A stretch of DNA of 59,495 bases, filler included, from Intoshia linei (taxonomy: Eukaryota > Animalia > Orthonectida), in NCBI GenBank assembly GCA_001642005.1. It is 5 parts of 5 records of this genome, joined end to end, with 100 filler letters (N's around TTAATTAATTAA, not from the genome) between each part and the next. Parts side by side here need not be neighbours in the genome. Positions count along the whole stretch, not along the records: positions 1 to 26,112 come from LWCA01000480.1; 4 more parts are not named here. The stretch is one strand, 5' to 3'. Positions within the stretch are counted from its first letter, which is position 1. Every line of letters starts with the position of its first letter. The notes beneath the pieces are model-generated. The model did not search any database, had not been told where the DNA came from, and saw only the letters and a list, made by a program, of their open reading frames with translations. The position numbers and the translations under genes are program-made. Positions 1-14,321 of this stretch are shown piece by piece.

Positions 1-666
1 ATAATATAATAAAATATATAATAATATAATTATTATTAGCATTTTATTTATAAAATTGAATGAGTTTATTTGCATCTACTAACAGCATATATTAGAATAC
101 ATTAATAATAAAATAATATATTAAATTTTTCGACATACATTTTTGTATGTACTGTATTTGAGGTGCATTTTATCATTAATATCAACAAATTAGAACCAAT
201 GCAGTGTAATTTTTTAAATTGGTTATCTTTTGGTTATTGACCAAACAAAATGTTTTAATAGTTGAAGAATTATTATAATACGAAAATGCATTACAATGAT
301 AACTTTGACTACAAATTAAATTAGTTTTGAAATACTTCATTTAGATGCTGGTACATTTTTTAATTTTATTTAATTTTGAATATATTGAATTTTGTAATAT
401 GTTAATTTGAAGTTTTAATCGATGTGGATAATTATGTTTTAAGTTATAAGATAATTACATCAATAAATACTGTTTAAAAAATCCATCTTTAAAATAAATA
501 AATTTTTTTCAGTTAATTAGAAACTTTTCAGTGTTACTGAAATGGATATTTTCCTTATGTTTGGTAAGTGGGAACATTCATAATAAATTTAGTAAATAAA
601 ACTATTCCACATTTGTAATTGTCTACATTGACGGTAATTTCCATTGTTTAACTATTCAATCATGTG

Positions 667-1094
667 TTGTGCTTCCGCAATTATTCATCGATTGTTCACC
701 AATTAAACGAATGATATGATAAAGTTATGTTATTTTTATCATTTGTATTTTACAAGATTTTGATTTTGAAATTATTATATTTAAAATGGAAATACAATAC
801 AAGTCAAATTATTAAAATTTTCCCCAAGCTTTAGACTTTGAATTGATCTCTTAATGTAAAAATAATTGTCGATGTATAAATAAATATAAAATAGTTGTCA
901 GATAACTAGAAAGTAATTTTATTGGTTTCTGTTATATACCGAAATAGTACGAAAATATCATGTGTCAAAAAATGTCATAAAAAATAATATAATCTAACAA
1001 CAAATGAAGTAATACTATACAAAATAAATTTCAGTTGTTCGATTAATTGTTTGACGAACAAAAAAATGAACAATTATTCATTGCGGAAGCACTA
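667..1094. mobile_element. hAT-type MITE
   Basis: Inverted termini t(t/a)gtgcttccgcaat...attgcggaagcacta; flanking 8-mers atcatgtg/gtcatgtg (TSD, 1 mismatch). Confidence 0.75.
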
Positions 1095-4000
1095 GTCATG
1101 TGTACTTATCATACACTTGAATGTATAACTGATAATACAATTAAAAATGTGATGTCATTTATTTAGCGACACCCGTTCAGAGTAAAATTTATAATTATTT
1201 ATATGAATCCTCAAACACGTTTTTTGAGTAATGCGAAAATTTGCTAACCAGTAAAGAGGAATGATCATGTTGATAGCATTTTATTTGAATTTTGTCATAT
1301 ATCAAACAAAAACAGACGTTTCATAATTTCAACCTATGAATCAGAATTTTGAAATTTTTTAATTCTGTCAGCGAGGTATGTAATTTATTTTTTCAAAATC
1401 CTACAAAATGACCGGAGGTCCTTTACCGAATAAAATAATTTTTATGAATAAATTTTATTAACATATTATTTATATCCCATTCCAGTCCAAAGATTAGTAT
1501 TATCATATATTCATCCATCAAGATTATATGTATTGCTGATGTTGTATATTTATATTTATTGAGGAATATAATACGTGAGTATTAAAAATTATTAAATGCA
1601 AATCGTTTTTTTTTGTTTGAGAGTTAAATTATTTCAAGCCAACATTTGATTAGCAACTGTTTGGCATTCATAAAAAATGTCTTTGAGGACGCAAGTTAGT
1701 TTATATGTAAATAGCTAATATATTTACACATCTTTTAGATACATATAGAGGTAACCTTTTCGATTATAATTTATATGTCAACAATTAACATGTATTAACT
1801 CATATTTTTGTTAGTTTAATGAGTAGTTGTTAGTTTTGTTATTTAGTTTAAGATATTTATGAGCAACTTATATGTGTATAATTGTGAAATTTAAATTTCA
1901 AACATATAAATTATTTTGCTGCTGAGTATAGTATAAATACTACAGAATTCAAATCAGATCCGGCAACTTTTATACAAATTTGGTCCTTTAAGAAATGAAA
2001 AAAATATACTGAAAAAACATTAACCTTTTCCATACATAACCATACACTTTTTCACAGGTAAATGATTGTAAATATAAAATATATATATATAATGTAAATC
2101 CTGAGTCATATTATCTCAATTAGATATAAATAATTATGTATGTGATGTGTTTCTTTTCTTTATCTTGTAATTATTACACCACTTCCAGTAATATCACAAA
2201 CAATAAGTTTAATAAAAATAGTATTTTTTTATTATAATGATTATATATTGGTATCATTTTCAATTTTTGCACATTTTCGAATATCGCAGTATATTTTTCA
2301 TGATAAATACGTAAAAAAAGTTTTAAACTTTTTACTATAAAATATAGCATTATAGAATTTTATAAAAAAAAGAAAGATTATATCATTTATAGCACATATA
2401 AAATTTTAATTAGCCAATTAATATGCATAATATTGGTATTATAATGATGGTAATTTTATGTTGATTAACATGTCAAAATTAACATTTATACTGATAACTT
2501 ATTTTTCTTATTTTCACAATTCTTATACTTTATATTAGGTCAATACCAAACAGTTCAACCAAATCCAAGTAATTAACATTTTTTGCACATAAATATTTGA
2601 TTATACTTAATTACAAATAATTGTAAATAACTATTATAACATGGCAATGGTGTTCAGATCGAAAAATTTCAACCCATATTCAAAAATTTTTCGCATAGAT
2701 ACGTGGAAAAAAATAGTAATATTAGTAATAGTAATATTCTGACACAGATAATTGATAATATTTAGATGACAATACATCTAATTCATTGTGTATCATATAT
2801 ATATAATATCATTGTGGATCTATTGATTCCTTTATGAAATTTTTTCTATTATGTTAAAATTATCAACAGTCCTTTTTGAGAACCACTATTATAATTTCAT
2901 TTATTAAATATAATATTTTATAGCTTATGCGATTCCTCCAAACCAACAAGGTTTTTATTTACAATATTGTTAACAATTATTTTTAAACGTTGTGTCTGTT
3001 ATAATATCGATGATTAATAAACCTAACTGATTAAATTGGAAAATGACTGAATTATACTTATTGTACTACACTATACCTATTGTAGTACACTTATTGTATT
3101 TTCATGTTCATATAAATTGAATTATAATATATAATCAGTACATACACGATGTACATCAGAACTAAAACTAGTTTTTCAATGTTTACTATCTTAATCAATT
3201 TTTACTTGAAGGTCAAAAAATAATACAATTATGTGATATGTCCAATAATCATTGTCTATTATAATAGACAGTACAATAAATGTATAACTAAACTTTACAT
3301 TTTAGGTGGATATCGGTAATGCTTTAATGGTTATTAATATTTAAAAATTAAAATTGAATCTAAATTTAAATCTTAGATAAACAATGAGCTTTGAAAAAAG
3401 AGACATCAAAATATTTAATAAAAATTATCGTACATATTATTATTGTTTTATCAGTAATTCATGCTTTCAATTTGTATTTCATGTACTATTCGCATTCTAT
3501 ATTTTTGTGTTACATCCTTATAAATTATTTCTTGTAATCCAATACTTTTTATGGTATGTTTTCTAATTCTGGTTGTTATTCCAATAATTGTATTAAGTAG
3601 TGATAACACCCTGCATAATAAAAACTAAAGTACTCCCATTTTTTCAGCCAAATCAGAAAATTAGATTCAATTTTGAAAATTCATGATTTTCATAAAAAAT
3701 TTTGCGGGCACAGCTGTACAATATATTAAAATAAATAAATATACTTTAAATATTTGAGTTGACATCTAAATAAATATTGCTAAAGCCAAAACTTTCTGTA
3801 TTTTGGCCACGAATCACTATTGAAAGTAATCAAAAATTATCAACTACAAAGTTCATATCTGTTATAAATTAAATTTGCCCATTAACTTTCGATATTTTTG
3901 CAAATCAACAATACTAATGAAATTAAATATCTGTTCTACTTAAAGGACACGATAAAAATACTTGTTAAAAACGCTGTATTGGATTACTAAATACTTTGAT

Positions 4001-4428
4001 TTACGAATTACGTCTTTATTAACATACTCAAATATAGATTGCAACACATTTCGATTACTTAATTCTGCAAAATGAAAAATAGATTATGTTCATATGGTAC
4101 ATAGTGCCTAGACTAGTTTTTTTATGTTTTACAATATATTGAATTTTTTATACTATAAATATCAAAATTAGCAAAATTTCCATGGATTTTACTAGTCAAT
4201 TAATTCTATATAGCTATCTAATTAATAAATATAGAAAAACGTATAAATGAAAACAAGTTAAATCTGAATACCAAAATTTTACACTTACATCAAAATTTCA
4301 GAATCAGAATATCAGAAGAAGCACATTTCCTTTGTATACCAGTTTATATTGACACTACAAGTATCGATTCGCATAACATTATTTACTCAGATAAAATAGA
4401 AAATATATACAATATTTAATTTTCTCAA

Positions 4429-7400
4429 ATGAAGATTAAGAATTCTAAACATTATTCCACTCATACAATTGATCGTAAATTATTTTATATAGATTCATAA
4501 CTGAATTTAGTTGAAAATAGTATTGACAGTAAGAGTCAGCCCCAAGTGTTAACCAAAGGTATGTTAATTTAAATAATTCTCATTATTCTAGTAAAACTAC
4601 TTTTCTTATCAATTATTCGTCAATTCATTACTTTTGAATTCTGGTCAAACAGATTTCCTATTGTCATATGGATTAAATCATACAGGTAACATAATTTACA
4701 TTTTGCTTTATTGTATAGTTTGCATAATTTGAAATTGGATTTGATTGCTGGAGTAACGGTCGGACTTACCGTTATCCCTCAAGCGTTTGCTTATTCCATG
4801 TTAGCTGGTTTATCAGCAAAAGTAATTTTATATCATTGCTGAAAACAAATAATTTAGTTTGGGCTCTATTCGGCTTATATTTGCGTCTTTTTATATGCAA
4901 TAATGGGAACGTCAAGGTATATAAAACAGATAAAGACTTAAATTTTGATATATCCAAAATATACATTTAGAGACTGTGCCTTAGGTCCAACTGCGATAAA
5001 CGCTTTACTTATAAATATATTCTTAACCACCCATCCAGATACTCATCATAGTATGGCTGCTACCATGTCTTTTTTTGTCGGATTAGTGCAAATATTAATG
5101 GCCATTGTCCAATTTGGTAATATTTTTACGAAATATCGACAAAAATAATAACTACCTGTATTTTACTGTTTTTTTAATACAATTTCGTAATATGATAATT
5201 ATTACGTACATGTTAAATTGTATTTATATTTATGAATTTAATTTTAGGTTTTATTACAAAATTTGTATCATATCCAATAATTAATGGATTTACAGTTGCT
5301 GCCAGTATAATAATTGGAATGAGCCAAGCTAAAGTAATTATTATTCTATATCAGTAATTATATAGTTAATAAAAATGTCGTTATATTGGTTTTTAAGTTA
5401 TACAAATTGACAATAATCTTAATTCTTGAACTTTGCATTTTATTTAGGTTTTGATTGTAATAAAATATAATAATGTTAATTCATTATTTATACAACTGGT
5501 TGTTATATAAATTTAAAATATGCCTTCAAGTATTATCATGTGACCTTTTTTGTACCTATGTAAGAGTTTCTCAAACTGTTTAATTACAGCACTAACAATA
5601 TAATGATAAAAACTTTAAGAACTTTTTAGTAAATATATTAAAAACATACCATATGTTCACAGTGTATTGTGAGATTTTATAGATGATATCGTACGGTTTA
5701 CCAGCAATAATTGGATGTAGAAATGGGTGTACTGTATTTGTGAAATTAAATTTACCAATTATTAAAGTTAAACGTTTTATTTTACACAATTATTGGTCTC
5801 TAAGATGCCTATACCCTAATTTAACACACTGAAAGTATTTTTGTATTTCAATAGGGATCAGCGTTAAGTTAAATTATTTGAAAAGCTGTGTACGTTGAAT
5901 TTTCATTTAATTAATCAATTATTATTTTAGAACTTATTGGGAATAAAAAACATATCAAAACGATTAATTTTTATGATTCCTGATATTATTTATAAGATTA
6001 AAGATACCAAGTAAATATTAATTCAACTGAAATATATGATTTTAGCTTATACGATTTTGCTCTAGGAATTTCGTGCATAATTTTGTTACTCATATTTAGA
6101 GTAAATTCAGTTATATAAAATACAATTATAGTTTTTAGTATATAAAAAATAGGCATATAATTAATAATCCTCCAAAAGCTTTTCCAAATTATAAAAAACG
6201 ATTTTATAAATTTGTGTGGTTTATTTGCACTGGTAATGATTATGTTTGAAATAATCCAGTTATTTTATTTAGCACGAAACTGTATTATACTAGTTTTTGG
6301 TGGTTTGGTTTCGTATCTATTGCACATTTATCATTCGGATAAATTAACTATCGTTGGAAAAATTGGCAATATATTTATTTTCTAAATTCAACCTATTTTA
6401 GAACCACACCTTCCAAATTTTACTATTCCTGATTTTACAGTTGAAGTAGATGGAGTTCAACGTAACGTTCAATATATACTATCGGTATAAATTCATTGAT
6501 ATTTTTCATTATATTTATAGTCTTTTGGTCTAGGATTGTATATTATTCCTTTTATTACCACACTTGAAACTATAGCCATAGGGAAAACATTTGGTAATTT
6601 TTTATTTTATAATTTCATTTTACATATATTTAGCCAGAAAACACGGATATAAAATTAATCCTAACCAAGAAATTTTAACCATGGGTATTTTGGCAATTAT
6701 AACAATTATATGACAAAATTTATTATATAGGTGTGGCAAATCTTATTGGATCATTTTATAAAGCATTTCCTATAGCAGGTAGTATTTCACGGTATTTTTT
6801 TCTGAATTATATAAAAATTTAATACGCCACTGATCGCTTTTTTATATATTTATTATAATTAATTAAATAATTATTTAATTGGATGAATTCATAGAAACTA
6901 CTGATAACATATTTTACTGAAATTTATACGCGTATATACAATTTTTAGGTCTGCCGTTCTGTCAGCCACTCATGGCCAGACACCCATGTCAAATGTTTAC
7001 ACTGGTAAAACATGGTATTATTATTATTTTATTTATCGTGTAGGTGTCATAGTTATCTTGGCATTGGAGTATCTTACGCCCCTTTGTTACTATATTCCAA
7101 ATTCAGCTTTGAGTGCTGTTGTAATTGTAGCAGTTATCGATATGTTCTGCTTTAGAGTTATTCTTAATATAGTCAAAGTTAGTCGTAAGTATATTATATG
7201 CTTTTAATTAAAACGTTTTAGCAATAGACGCTATACCCTGGATGAGCACTTTCCTATTTTCAATTTTTTTTGGAATAGAAGTAATAATTTAATATACTAT
7301 GTAAATAATGTAATATAGTATGGACTTGTAATTGGTATTCTTTTGGCACTTATAATATTACTGTATCCATACGCCTTTCCTAAAATGCAAGTAATTAAAT

Positions 7401-10400
7401 GTTTTAATATTTATATTAAATTGTATAGATTGTAGAAAATATTAGACAATATATTCAAATAGGAATAGACGATGTAATTTTTTTAATAATGCACTAAACT
7501 TATATCCAGTTTCACCTTGTAAACTGAATTATTCTCACCGTTTTATAAAATTATAACGAATACTTTTATATTTATGACAAATTAATTTCAAATTCATATT
7601 ATTTAGTATGTACTCGATCAAATTGAATTGGTTATCCTCTATAGACCATTTATGTATCCTTGTGCAGATTCTTTTAAGGATTACATGTGCTACGAAGTTG
7701 GAAGTAATTATATACAATAGTTATGTGCAGATTTGAGGAAATAATGATCTTTGCAGTGGTCAGTACACTGTTTAATAAAAATTTTTCCGTATATCTGGAT
7801 AGGAACTTTTTAAATTGACGAACATAAATGTAGAATAAATCAATTTTTCGTGGATTTCTAGTAATTGGGTATCAAATCAATTCAGATGGGAGTAATATTA
7901 AATTTATTATGCTAGAAATTTGTTTGTCGTGAACATGGGGTTATCACCCTTATATGAATATCACTGAATTCGAGCCATTTTTGAAATGATAAGAGAATAG
8001 TACATTTGAATAGTCTATAACAGGGTACTCAACCTTCTTTAAGCTAACGTTCCCTAAACAAAAAAATTATATTGTAACTATGGATAAACAATATAATTTA
8101 CTCAACACTATTTAAAATAGACTAGATAACTTTAAGAGGGCCTACATTGCATAGTATTCAAAATTTGTTTATTTACAAATTGTTTATTTAATGAGAACCT
8201 TGAGCTTTTGATGATTAGCAGAAATTTTTTTTATATTCGTTTTCAAATTGGTTAGATATAATCGCAGGTCTCCTCGATAAACAACATTTACTCGGTTTTT
8301 CTTTTTTTTCACTGTATTTACATCTGAACTAACCACAGATTCTACTAGTTATGTTAAAGGGAACACTACAAATAAAAATTCTTTTTTGTTCCACATTTTT
8401 GATATAAAATTGGAATTTAACATCTTTATGTATCCACCTTCTCTAAAAAATTCAAAAGATGTTTCATTGTTTTTTAATTTGACCAATTCTTGTTGATTTA
8501 CCTGAAGTTTGAGTTATATCAGTAACAAATGAATTGATTATCCTTTTTTCATGTTTTCAGGTCAATAATATTTTTAAAACGAACAATTATGTCATTCATT
8601 AATATACTAAAATGTTCTGGGTAGCATTTTAAATCGTCAGGATTGTTTATTAATAAGAAGACATTTGAAAATTGATAAAATTCGATTTTGATATTATTAT
8701 TTTGAAATAGATCAATTATAAAACAATCCAAAAAATATTTTTCTATTTACATAGAAATGAATGCAATTATAAAAATTTAAGTCTATTTGAATTTTGGCGA
8801 TATTGCCCGGTAAAAACCCCTGGTCTAGAACGTACTAAAAACTTTGAAAAATTCCATTTTTAGTATTTTTTGTATGTAGTGTTTACATAAGAATAAACAT
8901 TTTATAGTTTTTGGTTTATCATGTTAGTCTATTTATATTTAGATAAAACTGTAAAAAACAAGCAAACTTTGCCTCAAGTAACTGAAGAAGAAAATTTATT
9001 AGATAAAAATGAAGAAAAGGTAGATGTAACAGTAAAAATGTGTAAAAATAATAAATACATAAATCGAGTGAAAAAATGTATCAACTCATTAAAATTTAAT
9101 AATGAAAAAGAATTAAACGATAAACGCGTATCCTATATAATTTGTTGTATGCACAGAGTACCAAGAACTGATTATACTTTTGTAGAGGTAAATTTGTAAT
9201 TTAGTGAACGTTACTAAAATAATAATTAAAATCATAGAAATTAAATTCGACGTTGTTCGTCGTAAGCATATACATTATATTATATTAAATAATTATACTT
9301 AATTAGACTTAAATTTATTTAGTATCAAATTTTTGTAAATTAATACATTTTTTTTATACAATAATGGAATGAATAATAAACAAACACTGAGCTTTTTTTA
9401 TTTTTTCATATAATTATTATTTGTGAAATGAATTTTAAAAAAATCCACACTACCTGGATCTCGACTATGTTGTGCGCAATTTTATAAATTTCCCAGTATT
9501 AGAAATATCAATTTGTTTTTTAAAATTGTGAAATGTCTTATTCCATATTTGTGGAAAGACAATAATCACAACATATATGATAATAGTTAAAAATTCATTA
9601 ATTAAAATTATTAATTAATTGGAAGGCACTTTTATAGAAATTTAGAATATGTATTTTCAAAATTTTAATAATAATTTTAAACTTTAAAAGTTAAACAAAC
9701 TATAATAAGAGAATTGAGTGAATTCGTATTTAAATTTTAAACCCATTTGTATGATGAAATGTTAAAATTTATTTCAAAAATTTAAACTTTCACAATCCAG
9801 ATCTAGGCCTTTGTTGATTATTTTTTTAAATTCATCTTCTCGTAAATACAATTACAATGAACTAATTTTTGTTCACTATTGGCAGATTCGACTGCAAATG
9901 TTTTGATAATTACAAATTTTAGGAATTGCGAGAAATATCTGAATTTTATGAAGAAAAGGAAATAGTACTATATGTCATTTCTAAAAAGGTAGTAATGAAT
10001 ATTTAATATAATTTTTTTAATTAGAGATCTGTAATTAATGTTTTGTCTAAATCGAATCTTCAAAATTTGCTTCTTTTTCGAACCATTGAAGATGCCATTG
10101 TAGATGTAAAATTTAAAATTGATGCAAAAATCTCGAAAAAATTTTCATCAGAATATGATGAAAACTTTTTCAAAAGTAAATGTCAATCAACTAGTATGCA
10201 TTTAAACAAAAGGGGTAATGGATTCTTTTATGTTGAAAATGGGACAGAAAAACATAGACATCAATCTGAGGGGAAAATTAATAGAGACCATATTGGCCTA
10301 AAAACAATAAACGATGCTTTTAATCGTAGTCTCTCAACTCATTCACCATCATCAAAAACAAAATCTATCTCTGAAACAAAAAGCAGTATAGAAATCGAAA

Positions 10401-10453
10401 GTGATGATGAAATAGATGAAGCTAAAGATGATTATGACCACAAATACCTTTAA
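4429..10453 (+). CDS. SLC26A11: SLC26 sulfate/anion transporter (SLC26A11-like), multi-exon
   Basis: Spliced translation gives RFPIVIWIKSY, DLIAGVTVGLTVIPQAFAYSMLAGL, FGLYSAY, GTSRDCALGPTA, NPNQEI, GSISRSAV, YYIPNSALSAVVIVAV. STAS domain IICCMHRVPRTDYTFVE | ELREISEFYEEKEIVLYVISKK (9923-9988) | RSVINVL...LFRTIEDAI (10025-10453). The 10043 ORF is therefore the last exon. Start ATG is inferred. Confidence 0.9.
8021..8822 (-). mobile_element. hAT Buster/Charlie deletion derivative inside an SLC26 intron
   Basis: Ends cagggtactcaac...aaaacccctg; TSD gtctataa/gtctagaa. Minus strand carries a decayed transposase C-terminus (YPEHFSILMNDIIVRFKNIIDL). Confidence 0.75.
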
Positions 10454-10591
10454 TTTCAAATTCTTCAAGATTATAAACCATTGTTACCTTTTTGAATTGA
10501 AATTAAGTTTTATGAATGTTTACTAAATAAACATTAATTTAAATGTATTTATATATGAAACTGTATTGTGGATAATAATTAAATAAATTAA

Positions 10592-12205
10592 ATGTCCGAA
10601 GTTTCCTATTTTGTGGACGACTCCAACAATTCAACATTTCATACTAATGTGTCTGGTTGTGATAAACTAAAAATGTTTCTACATACGATTTTTCAATTGA
10701 TTTCGTTCCCCTTTAGAATAATTGGCAGAAAATTAATCCAAAAAAAACACTCTGGAAGTGAATTTACTCTAAGACTGATTAAAAAGGACGGATCGTACAA
10801 TTTGCAGCAGTAATAAATAAAATTTGGGGTGCCGTTAGATAAATATTTTGAGAAACACTTATTTGGGGTATTATATCTTGCATGCCACATTTATTGAATT
10901 ATTTAAATGTATTATTTCATTTCAATAACCTGATTTATTATATATTTTTTAATAATTCAATATTTTAGCAAGCATAGTGGCAATACTTCAAAAGTTGATA
11001 TGTTTACCAAATTAATAGATTCTAACTGGATATTTATATTTTTAATTCTTATGACCTCTTTATTCAGTAGCTGGGGATTGTGTGCTTTAATTTGGAAATA
11101 TTTGCAACATGACATACAACTTGATGCAGATAAATCTCCGCCTATTGACTATTTGAACATTTTCATGCTTTTTTCCATTGAAACTCAGCAAACTATTGGA
11201 TATGGAAATAAATATCTTAAAGGAAATTGTTCTGTATCTGGTGATAATCAAAATATATTTAAATATGTGATTATGCAAACCTAAATAATTTATATTATTT
11301 TTTAAACTTAAAATTACTTTAATTTTTTAATCTAATAATTTATGTAGCTGTAATTTTTATAATGATACAATCACTTATCGGGATTATCATACCTCTCTAT
11401 CTGACAGCGACTCTTTTCTATAAAATAATGAGACTTAAAGGACGCGAAGGTGAGATAATATTTAGTGAAAAAGCTACAATCTCTGAATTAAACAACCAAA
11501 GATGTTTCATTATCAAAGTCAAAGATACAAATAAGCAAAGCACTCTGATTGACTCAACAATGAAAGCTGTTTTAATTGAATACATAATAAAAAGTAACAA
11601 TAACATTTCTCTTATTGAACACCCCTTTACGATAAATTCATTTGGATCGACCGATGGATCTTTATATTTACTAGAGCCCATTTCATTTGTACATATTATT
11701 GACAGTGAAAGTCCATTTTGGAGCTTTGATAAAGAAATGCTATCTAAATTTTCATGTGAAATTGTGGTAATTTAATTACATGTTTATCTTTAAATCAATT
11801 TAGTTTACCATCGAAGCTACATTAGCTAGCACAGGAACGACTATAACTACTTGTGGTTCATATAAACCTATCGATATAATATGGGGAGCTCTGCATACAC
11901 CTATGCATAAAATTGAAAATATTGAAAAACAAACGAAACAAATGTTCAATAATATTACTAAACATACTATGACCCATATCAGTACAAAACATTGGACAGA
12001 GTTTAATAACAAATTAAATGAATTGTCAAAAAAATCCGTAGATGAAAAATGCGATGTCTATCTTTCATTAAAGAATAGTATGAAAATATCGAATGCGAAA
12101 TTTACTCTAAATCAAAAAGTTTTGGAAACATATCATAATTCCACAAAAAACACACATAATTCTGAAACCAAATCTAATCATGGCTCAGTATCGGAAGATA
12201 ATTAA
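10592..12205 (+). CDS. Inward-rectifier potassium channel (Kir), highly divergent; exons 10592-10809, 10969-11240, 11348-11766, 11804-12205
   Basis: RLIKKDGSYNL, DMFTKLIDSNW, FSIETQQTIGYG, IQSLIG, IIFSEKATI, HIIDSESPFW, CEIVV|FTIEATLASTG, SYKPIDIIWG; GT-AG introns keep the frame. Confidence 0.92.
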
Positions 12206-12520
12206 TTGATAAAAGTTATAATTTTATTTTTCTCTTTACGTCTATTATTATAAACATGCATATCAAAATTTAACTAATTTTTCTACAGTATTCACTTAAA
12301 CTTCTGAAATATATTTAAATGTCTAAAGTCGTTGTTTTCCAAATCTGTAGTAGAAACTGCCTTTTTGACCCTTTCAAGGTCTAAAATTTTACAAATAATC
12401 AAAGTATATATACATTTAGTAGATGCATCGTATGAAATTTCTTTTATCTTTAATTCATGCTTTTTTCTTCACATCATCCAATTATTTCATCACCTTTGTC
12501 AATCATTTAAATTTCAATTA

Positions 12521-13304
12521 CAGTAAAATCTCGATTATAATTACAGTGCTATTTTAATTATAACTAAGACAAATTTAAATTACAATTAATAAATAAAGGT
12601 AATTTGGCGTCACATTTGAAAACTAACGATAATAAAAATTATGAGAAAGCCTATAAATTTGTTTGATAAAATCAAAATAATTGATGAGGTGGAATCAGGA
12701 ATTATATACAAAAAATGTAGTTTATATGTAAATATGAACAAATTACATCTTTGTTACTCTTATTGTATAAATTATTATTCCGTTATTTATTACTGTTTAT
12801 CAAAGATTCTCAAATATGGCCCTTTTTATATTTTTCGTGGTCCGCCTAATATTTTTATCGGTAAATTCAATTTACCGATATTTCAGTTATTAACCCCAAA
12901 AATCATTTCTCATTAATTGTCAACTACTTTTTTATAAATTTTCTAGCAATAAAATAAAAATTGTGATTCGTTATGGTCCTAAATTATTTTATGTTGATAA
13001 ATCTGGCTCTTCTGAAAAAAAGTTAAGAACCCTGCTGTATACATACAAATAGATATTGTGTGTATGTATCACAAAACACTCGGATTAGGGAATATTAATA
13101 TTTAGACTCAATTAAGTTTTAAAATAAAATTTAATCATTATTTAGTATAAAATAATCTATTAAAAATACTAATTCTTATTTCAATATAATTATCTAAACT
13201 TAAAATGTAATATGAAGTTTTGATTATCTACATATGTACTAAAGTTTAATTTACAATTTTGCTGTATGTATAATTGACTGTATGTATGATGGAGATTCCA
13301 CTGT
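12521..13304 (+). mobile_element. Decayed pogo/Tigger-like element
   Basis: TA-cagtaaaatctc...gagattccactg-TA termini; CENP-B/psq-like HTH start MRKPINLFDKIKIIDEVESG at 12641. Confidence 0.6.
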
Positions 13305-13744
13305 ACATTATTATACAGTGTATTACTTAAGATCTATTCATTTATTTTTATGTTAATTTTGTAAATTATTAATATTAAAAATTATTATAACAGATTAATG
13401 GCCAGTAATAAACCTATGAATGCCAAGCTTTTAAATTTGTTATTTTTTGATTTAATTGATGATTTGAAGATGTAAAATATCTTTTGTAAAAATTTAAAAT
13501 TTTTCAAAACAACAAAACAAGATTATCTTCAAAAAAGTTAATAAATTGTGATTATTAATCCTTGAATTCAAAGTAACACCAATGTGATTTTAAAGTTTAG
13601 AAATATATTATAGTAATACCTAATATATAAAAAACAAATTTGTTCCGAGATCTTGTTTTTTAAGCGATAGTTTAATTTATATTGACACAATGTAAAAAAG
13701 CTTGTAATTTTCGCCCATTTTTTTATTTTTTTGTTTTCTAATTT

Positions 13745-13785
13745 GTTCGTTAACGCGAAAGTTCGTTAAGCGAGGTATTACTGTA
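13745..13785. repeat. Tigger-family terminal inverted repeat (same family as 46070-46106)
   Basis: ttaacgcg..agttcgttaagcgaggtattactg-TA nearly identical at both loci. Confidence 0.75.
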
Positions 13786-13983
13786 CACGTAGATGTACTA
13801 ATGTCAAATAAACTTATGGTGTGCTTTCAAGATCAATTAAATTTACTAAATGAAACTGACGGAAAAATTTTTTAAGAAAAAAAACTCAATTTCAGAGTAT
13901 GATGGTATGGTAGGTTTGGCTTCACATAAAAGCAACAGAGTTGATTGTTAAAATATAATTTAAAGGTATATTTATTAAATATC

Positions 13984-14321
13984 TAGGGTTTCCAACTGCG
14001 TTATTTTCCCTTTGAGACTTCGGGTTTTCAAATTCAATTCAGGGCTCAGGGTTAAGTGATATTTCTCAGGGTAATTTAATTATTTCAATCAAAATCATCA
14101 GATCAGACTTATAATAAAAGTTTAAAGTATTCATTTTGAAATTTGCAATAAAAATTGTGTGTAAACTGTTATTATTTTTTAACAAAGAGACCCAAAGTAA
14201 AAAAGGGCCCACAAAAATTTTTTAAATAACAAAAAAAATAACACGCTTCGCTGCGCTTCAGCCAAATTTTTACCTTCGCTCAAAATTTCGGGTGGAGGAT
14301 AACTTAAGGTTGGTAACCCTA
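13984..14321. mobile_element. hAT-type MITE upstream of POLD3
   Basis: TIR tagggtttccaac / gttggtaacccta; perfect 8-bp TSD taaatatc. Confidence 0.85.

Noticed and set aside
10043-10453. 136-aa ORF as a separate orphan gene
   Set aside because: It splices in frame as the last STAS/C-tail exon of SLC26A11
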